The notes under the pieces were generated by a model. It saw only the letters and a list, made by a program, of their open reading frames with translations. It had not been told where the DNA came from and made no database searches. A DNA stretch of 29,595 nucleotides from contig CAZTOF010000740.1 of NCBI GenBank assembly GCA_964615515.1, positions 1-29,595 of the forward strand, given 5' to 3'. Below, one piece after another: positions 24,595-29,595 of this stretch. Made by a program: the position numbers and the translations under genes. This DNA comes from an uncultured Gemmatimonadaceae bacterium (GTDB lineage Bacteria; Gemmatimonadota; Gemmatimonadetes; Longimicrobiales; Gaopeijiaceae). Position 1 is the stretch's first letter. Every line of letters begins with the position of its first letter.

Positions 24595-26529
24595 TCAGGG
24601 GCGCGTGGCGGACACCCGACGCCCGGTCTCCAGCCTGGTGGTTACGCCCAACCCGTCGAGGTATCCGAGGATCGGAATCAGGTGCTTGCGGGTGACCGGA
24701 AGTACCTTGCGGAAGTCGGCGGGGCCGAGCCCTCCCCGACCACCCAACACCTCGACCACCCGGTTGACTGCCCGATCCAGCGCCGCCGTCGTGACCCAGA
24801 AGCGATCGGCAAGGAGTCGGAGCTCGCCCCTTTCGCCCAGGAACGCCAGGATGGCGGTGGTTTGGGGGTGACCGGAGAGCCGGTCCTCCAACTCCGTGGT
24901 GGTCAAGCCTTCCAGGCCCGCTTCCGCCAGGATGCCGAGAAGGCGCCCCGCCAGCTCCTCCTCCCGCGGGGACGGTGCCGCCCGGAACTCCGGCAGCCGG
25001 GCAATCGTCCCCTCGATGACCAGCCGGCCGCTGCCGGCCAGCTGCGCCACCAGGCCGTCCGCAAGTCCCGGACGGGCAAGCGCGGGCAGCGCCGATCGCA
25101 GGTTGGACAAGGGAGCGCCGGCCTGGAGCGTGTGCCGGCGGTGGTGGTCGCGCACCGCCGAGAGGATCCGGTCCTCTCCTTCGGCGACGATCCCGGCAGC
25201 GAAGTGCACGCCCTCCACTCGCGGCACCGCGGCGTCGGCCACGCCGGCCGCGTCCCCGCGCCATCCGGCCCGCACTGCCAGATCGCCACCGTGCAGACCG
25301 TGCCAGCCGGCGAGCGCGACCGCGCCCCGGACGGCCCGCATGGCACCGCGCGACACCTCCTCCAGGGCGAGTCGCTCGCTCCCGGACAGCCGTTTCCGCT
25401 TCGGTGGCACCGGCTCCAGGACCGCACCGCCCGCGATGGTCGTAACGGGCGAGTAGGAGCGCACGACGAAGAGGTCTCCGCACCTCGCGACGACGGGCCC
25501 CTCCAGCCTCAGCTGCGCGAGCGCGTCTTCGCCGGGCAGGATCTCGTCGACCCCGAAGAGGGCCACGCGGCTCATCACCTCGACCGTGCCGAGATGTACC
25601 CGAACCCTCTGGCCGCTCCTGAGCCGCCAACCGCTCCCCTCCAGTGTGCGCAGCTTCGCCGTCAGCATCAGCGACGGGGACCAGCTGCGATCGGTCACGA
25701 GCACGTCGCCGCGAGCGATCATCCCACGGCGGACCGCGGTTCCCGTGAGGGCGAGGGCGGTCCGCTGCCCGGCCACCGCGCACTCGACCTGGGCGCCGTG
25801 GACCTGGACGGCACGAACCCGCGCCTCCTCGCCGAGGGGCAGGATCCGCACCGTCGAGCCACGCGCCAGCCGCCCGGACCAGAGGGTCCCGGTCACGACC
25901 GTCCCCGCTCCCTCCATGGTGAAGACCCGGTCGACCGGGAGGCGTGCCAGGTCGTCCGCGGCACGCTCGCGGGCAAGGCCGGCGCCACGCAGCAGGGCCC
26001 GCGACAGTGCAGGCAGGCCCGCGCCGGTTCGTACGGATGTGGGAACGATCTCCGCGCCCTCGTAGGGCGTTTTTCCCAGAAGATCCTGCACGTCCTCGGT
26101 CACCAGTTCGAGCCACTCGCCGTCCACCAGGTCCATCTTCGTGATGGCCACTACGATCGCCGCTACCCCGAGCAGCTTCACGATCGCCAGGTGCTCGCGC
26201 GTCTGGGGCATGACGCCCTCGTCGGCCGCCACCACGAGAAGCACGATGTCCATCCCGGTCGCGCCGGCCACCATTGTGCGGACGAAACCCTCGTGCCCGG
26301 GAACGTCCACGACTCCGAAGGAAACCCCCTGGGCCGGCACGTAGTGCGCGAAGCCGAGCTCGATGGTGATCCCGCGCAGTTTTTCCTCGGCGAGCCGGTC
26401 GGTGTCCACCCCGGTCAGGGCGCGCACGAGCGATGTCTTGCCGTGATCGATGTGTCCCGCGGTGCCGAGGATGAGGCTGGCGGTCCGCGGGCTGCTAGTC
26501 CCCGGGGGACTGTTCGCGTTCGGAGTCAT
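24595..26529 (-). CDS. selB: Selenocysteine-specific translation elongation factor
   Basis: GTAGHIDHGKT, RGITIELGF, DVPGHEGF, ADEGVMPQTREHL, TKMD, RSYSPVTTIAGG, winged-helix end RKHLIPILGYLD; start at the ATG 26529 inferred. Confidence 0.95.
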   Translation of the reverse strand: MTPNANSPPGTSSPRTASLILGTAGHIDHGKTSLVRALTGVDTDRLAEEKLRGITIELGFAHYVPAQGVSFGVVDVPGHEGFVRTMVAGATGMDIVLLVVAADEGVMPQTREHLAIVKLLGVAAIVVAITKMDLVDGEWLELVTEDVQDLLGKTPYEGAEIVPTSVRTGAGLPALSRALLRGAGLARERAADDLARLPVDRVFTMEGAGTVVTGTLWSGRLARGSTVRILPLGEEARVRAVQVHGAQVECAVAGQRTALALTGTAVRRGMIARGDVLVTDRSWSPSLMLTAKLRTLEGSGWRLRSGQRVRVHLGTVEVMSRVALFGVDEILPGEDALAQLRLEGPVVARCGDLFVVRSYSPVTTIAGGAVLEPVPPKRKRLSGSERLALEEVSRGAMRAVRGAVALAGWHGLHGGDLAVRAGWRGDAAGVADAAVPRVEGVHFAAGIVAEGEDRILSAVRDHHRRHTLQAGAPLSNLRSALPALARPGLADGLVAQLAGSGRLVIEGTIARLPEFRAAPSPREEELAGRLLGILAEAGLEGLTTTELEDRLSGHPQTTAILAFLGERGELRLLADRFWVTTAALDRAVNRVVEVLGGRGGLGPADFRKVLPVTRKHLIPILGYLDGLGVTTRLETGRRVSATRP

Positions 26530-27265
26530 CGGGGGGGTCGAGGAAGCGGAAGGAACCGAGGCGGCGGCCGCCCAGCATGTGAAAGGTGGTGAAATCGTCC
26601 AGCAACGACAGGTGGGCACGGGGCTTCAGGAGACCGGCGGGAGCGTCACCCCGAAGGAGGCTCCGGAGTTGCGTCCGTGCCACCGGACCGATCCGCCGGG
26701 AACCCTCGGGCGCCGGGCATTCCGGCCCGCGCAGCCCCCCGTCCGCGAGATCGAACCATCCCATTTCCCCCTCTTCGAGCGACCGGCCGCACATCGTGCA
26801 GGAGGACAGTTCGGGACTGAATCCGAGAACCCGGACCATTCTCCAGCACAGCGCCAGGACCTCCCCCGCCACTTCGCCGGGGGCGCTCCGTGCAAGCCGG
26901 TCGAGTCCCGCTGAAAGGGCGTCGAAGAGTTCCGCGTGCGGCTCCTGGCCCGCGTGCCGGAGCACCAGTTCGGCGGCGATCGATGCGCCCGCCAGCCGCC
27001 GGAAGTCCCCGGCCAGACCCAGGCGGACCCGGTCGGACGTGAACTCGACCAGCGACTGCAGTTCCCGGTTTTCACGCACGGCAATGACGGCCAATCCCTC
27101 TCCGAAGGTGCCCGGAGCGTCCCGGCCGGTGGAGGCTCGGCGGCGGACGCCTCGCGCCATCACGCCCAGAAGCCCGAGTTCCCGGGTGTAGAATCTCAGC
27201 ACGCGGCTGCTCTCGGAGTAGGGATGGGTGCGGAGCAGAATCGCCGGTGTCGCTACCGTGGGCAT
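26495..27265 (-). CDS. recO: DNA repair protein RecO
   Basis: AILLRTHPYSESSRVLRFYTRELG, ARGVRR, GFSPELSSCTMCG...GLRGPEC zinc-finger-like region; overlaps the selB start by 35 nt. Confidence 0.92.
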   Translation of the reverse strand: MPTVATPAILLRTHPYSESSRVLRFYTRELGLLGVMARGVRRRASTGRDAPGTFGEGLAVIAVRENRELQSLVEFTSDRVRLGLAGDFRRLAGASIAAELVLRHAGQEPHAELFDALSAGLDRLARSAPGEVAGEVLALCWRMVRVLGFSPELSSCTMCGRSLEEGEMGWFDLADGGLRGPECPAPEGSRRIGPVARTQLRSLLRGDAPAGLLKPRAHLSLLDDFTTFHMLGGRRLGSFRFLDPPDDSEREQSPGD

Positions 27266-27317
27266 GTCCCGGTCCCGCGCCACGATCGTCCGCACCATTG
27301 CGGGAGAGGAGCGGCGG

Positions 27318-28433
27318 TCATGGGTGCAACTCCTCCAGGAGACGGGTCCGCCGGCTCCCGTAGTCCTCCGGGGCGAGCCGGCCGGCCGCCCACTCCTCGT
27401 CGAGCAGGGCGATATCGGCCAGCACCCGGCCCCTGCGTCTCCTCGCCGGGACAATCGTCGCGTTCGCCGAGCGGGCGGCGAGCAGCGCTCCCGCACCGGC
27501 GAGCACGAGGGTCAGAAGCACTGCCACGATGGACAGCGAGCCGAACGGCATCCGGGTATCGCCGGCGGTCACCCTGACGATCGAGGGCGCCAGGTCGCGG
27601 CCCGCGTACCGACGGTAGCGAACTCCCTCCAGCTCGACTCCCTCGACGGCGGCCAGCCCGGTCACGGCGAGGTCTCCCGCCGGCTCCCGCACGAGCAGCT
27701 CCATCGAACCGGCAGCCACCTCGAGCGGGATGCCGAATTCGTCGCCCGCGATGGCATAGCGGAACGCGTACACGCTTTCACCGGGCGGGATCGGTGCCGA
27801 CACGCGGACACGGCCGTCGCGGAAATCCGCCATGCCGGGAGAGAGGTCGCTCCGGCCCACCTCCGGATCGGCGGCCTCGGGCGGCAAGGGGTGGGACCAT
27901 GTGGCGCCCGTCTCTCCGGCGACCAGGGTGGCCGGAGCGCCGTTCCTCAACTCGAAGACGTCGGCGACGACCCAGCCGTTTCCGGATTCGCGGCGGGCCA
28001 GGATGACGTTTCGAACTTGCAGGAGAGGCCTGGTGCCCGGGCCGGCCGGCAAGGCCGGATAGGCCTGGATGACGTAGCTCCCGGCCGAGTCCGGCAACCC
28101 TGTGACCGCAGGGCCGAAGTAGAGTATGTCCTGGTGACGGAAGGTCGCGAAGAACACGTCGTCCTCCGTTCCGGATGTTGCGGGCAGTCTGAGTTCGAAC
28201 AGTCCGCCCGGTCCTGCCCCGACGCTGTCGACCTCACCCGAGAAGTCCCCCGCGACCCGGTGCAGCACGACGGTCCCGGTGTCGGCGGGGCGGTCCCCGA
28301 TGAGCACCTGGCCGGTGAGAACGCGGCCCCCTTCGACCTGCGGCGCTCCGGTGCGGCGGGGGGGGGCGTCGACCTCCTGCCCCCCGACGGCAAGGAGGCA
28401 GCCGCAGAGCGTAAGCGCCCGGCGCGGATGCAT
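27318..28433 (-). CDS. Hypothetical exported protein with C-terminal TM helix and short charged cytoplasmic helix
   Basis: Signal-like N-terminus from the ATG at 28433; carboxypeptidase-regulatory-like start (VLTGQVLIGDRP); beta-rich middle; TM SIVAVLLTLVLAGAGALLAA; tail VLADIALLDEEWAAGRLAPEDYGSRRTRLLEEL. Start uncertain. Confidence 0.75.
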   Translation of the reverse strand: MHPRRALTLCGCLLAVGGQEVDAPPRRTGAPQVEGGRVLTGQVLIGDRPADTGTVVLHRVAGDFSGEVDSVGAGPGGLFELRLPATSGTEDDVFFATFRHQDILYFGPAVTGLPDSAGSYVIQAYPALPAGPGTRPLLQVRNVILARRESGNGWVVADVFELRNGAPATLVAGETGATWSHPLPPEAADPEVGRSDLSPGMADFRDGRVRVSAPIPPGESVYAFRYAIAGDEFGIPLEVAAGSMELLVREPAGDLAVTGLAAVEGVELEGVRYRRYAGRDLAPSIVRVTAGDTRMPFGSLSIVAVLLTLVLAGAGALLAARSANATIVPARRRRGRVLADIALLDEEWAAGRLAPEDYGSRRTRLLEELHP

Positions 28434-28635
28434 TGCCGGGCGAATCTCGCATGGCCGCGAACTGCCGCCCCGAGGGCCGAAACTCGCGGCGCGGAGCGGT
28501 GCCTCTTTCACGAAAATGCCGTCGGGAACTCGTCTGCGGACTCCCCGGACGACACGCACCACGGCGGCAACCCGGCTCTCACCCGATCGCCGCGAAATCA
28601 CGGAGGGCCCACCGGCCTGCACGCAATCGGGCCGA

Positions 28636-29145
28636 TCAGCCGTCGAACCGACCGAGGTCTTCGGGACGTAGCTTGCGCAGGTGTTCCTCCAGCGTCTCGC
28701 CGCTCATCGGGTCCTCGCCGCCCCCGGATTCACCCTCTTCCGCCACCTCGACCACCTGTCCCGCCGATGCGAGCAGGGCGTCGTCCGCAAAGATGCGCGC
28801 CTCCATTCGGAGCGCGATGGCGATCGAATCGGAAGGCCTCGCGTCGACCGAGATGAGGTCTCCCTCGCGGTCGATGATCATCTCGGCGAAGTACGTGCTG
28901 TTCTCGACCCGGGTGATGAGAACCCTCTGGAGCGTCCCCCCCAGCCCGCCGAGCACCGACACCAGGAGATCGTGCGTGAGCGGGCGCTGGAAGGAGACAC
29001 CCCCCAGGTGCATGGCGATCGCGCTCGCCTCCCCCGGACCGATCCAGATGGGCAGGACCCGGTCGGTCCCGACCTCCCTGAGGATCACCACCGGCGTGTT
29101 CGACGAACGGTCGAAGGCGAGGCTCTGTACGCTGACCTCGATCAC
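28636..29145 (-). CDS. Bifunctional nuclease family protein (DUF151/BFN)
   Basis: PVVILRE, LPIWIGPGEASAIA, RPLTHDL, TYFAEM, DARPSDSIAIALR, C-terminal LRPEDLG; SD GAGGTGG before the GTG at 29145. Confidence 0.92.
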   Translation of the reverse strand: MIEVSVQSLAFDRSSNTPVVILREVGTDRVLPIWIGPGEASAIAMHLGGVSFQRPLTHDLLVSVLGGLGGTLQRVLITRVENSTYFAEMIIDREGDLISVDARPSDSIAIALRMEARIFADDALLASAGQVVEVAEEGESGGGEDPMSGETLEEHLRKLRPEDLGRFDG

Positions 29146-29173
29146 CTGTCCACCTCGCTTTCCGGATTCGTTG

Positions 29174-29595
29174 TTACAGCCCCAACGCCGTCCGCAGGTC
29201 GTCGACTCGGTCGGTTCGTTCCCAGCCGAAGAAGAGCCTCCCGTCTTCCACCGTACGGGGCGTGCGGCCGAAGTGTCCATAGGTGGCGGTGCGACCAAAC
29301 ACCGGGCTCCGAAGACCCAGCTCGCGAATGATGGCGCGGGGCGTGAAGTCGAAGACGCGCTCGACGGCCCGCGAGAGTTCCGGATCGGGTACGACTCCGG
29401 TGCCGAAGGAGTCGACCCAGATCTGCACGGGCTCGGGCCTGCCGATCGCGTAGGCGAGCCGCACCTCGCAGCGGGAAGCCGCGTCGGCGGCCACGAGGTT
29501 CTTCGCCGCCCAGCGCGCGGCGTAGGCGCCGGAGCGGTCCACCTTGGTGGCGTCCTTGCCCGAAAAGGCCCCGCCCCCGTGCCGCCCCATCCCGC
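29174..29595 (-). CDS. metK: S-adenosylmethionine synthetase, C-terminal part (5' end outside window)
   Basis: [62 protein letters not shown]. Confidence 0.96.
   Translation of the reverse strand, partial: GMGRHGGGAFSGKDATKVDRSGAYAARWAAKNLVAADAASRCEVRLAYAIGRPEPVQIWVDSFGTGVVPDPELSRAVERVFDFTPRAIIRELGLRSPVFGRTATYGHFGRTPRTVEDGRLFFGWERTDRVDDLRTALGL

Noticed and set aside
1-29595. In-frame UGA/SECIS selenoprotein within the window
   Set aside because: Every recognised CDS is full length up to its stop, catalytic Cys codons (ALDH, DusB) are ordinary Cys, and no homology continues past a TGA.

Overview
High-GC (~70%) bacterial chromosomal segment, most consistent with Gemmatimonadota (inferred from gene content and style, not from a database search). 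No mobile element, prophage or CRISPR array is visible. In order: 5'-truncated two-domain ALDH16-type aldehyde dehydrogenase (+); a minus-strand SusC-SusD-lipoprotein-lipoprotein-VPS10/BNR propeller-lipoprotein cluster; ridA; an unannotated promoter-driven ~170-nt rod-like RNA (6S-like) directly ahead of a zinc-peptidase/PD40-propeller/Omp85-barrel gene; an OMP-mlaE-mlaF-mlaD operon; DUF6702 and CNNM/CorC genes; lspA; tmRNA (tag ANSDLALAA) whose first 69 nt are overlapped by the dusB reading frame; an orphan PTS EIIA; a stand-alone T9SS-CTD/FlgD-like exported protein; and a minus-strand run metK(partial)-DUF151-membrane protein-recO-selB. The most notable signals are the dusB/ssrA overlap (processing would create a non-stop dusB mRNA), the 6S-like RNA, a probable ATT start codon on the VPS10 gene, and the envelope modules. 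All family assignments come from motif recognition by eye; no searches or folding programs were run.
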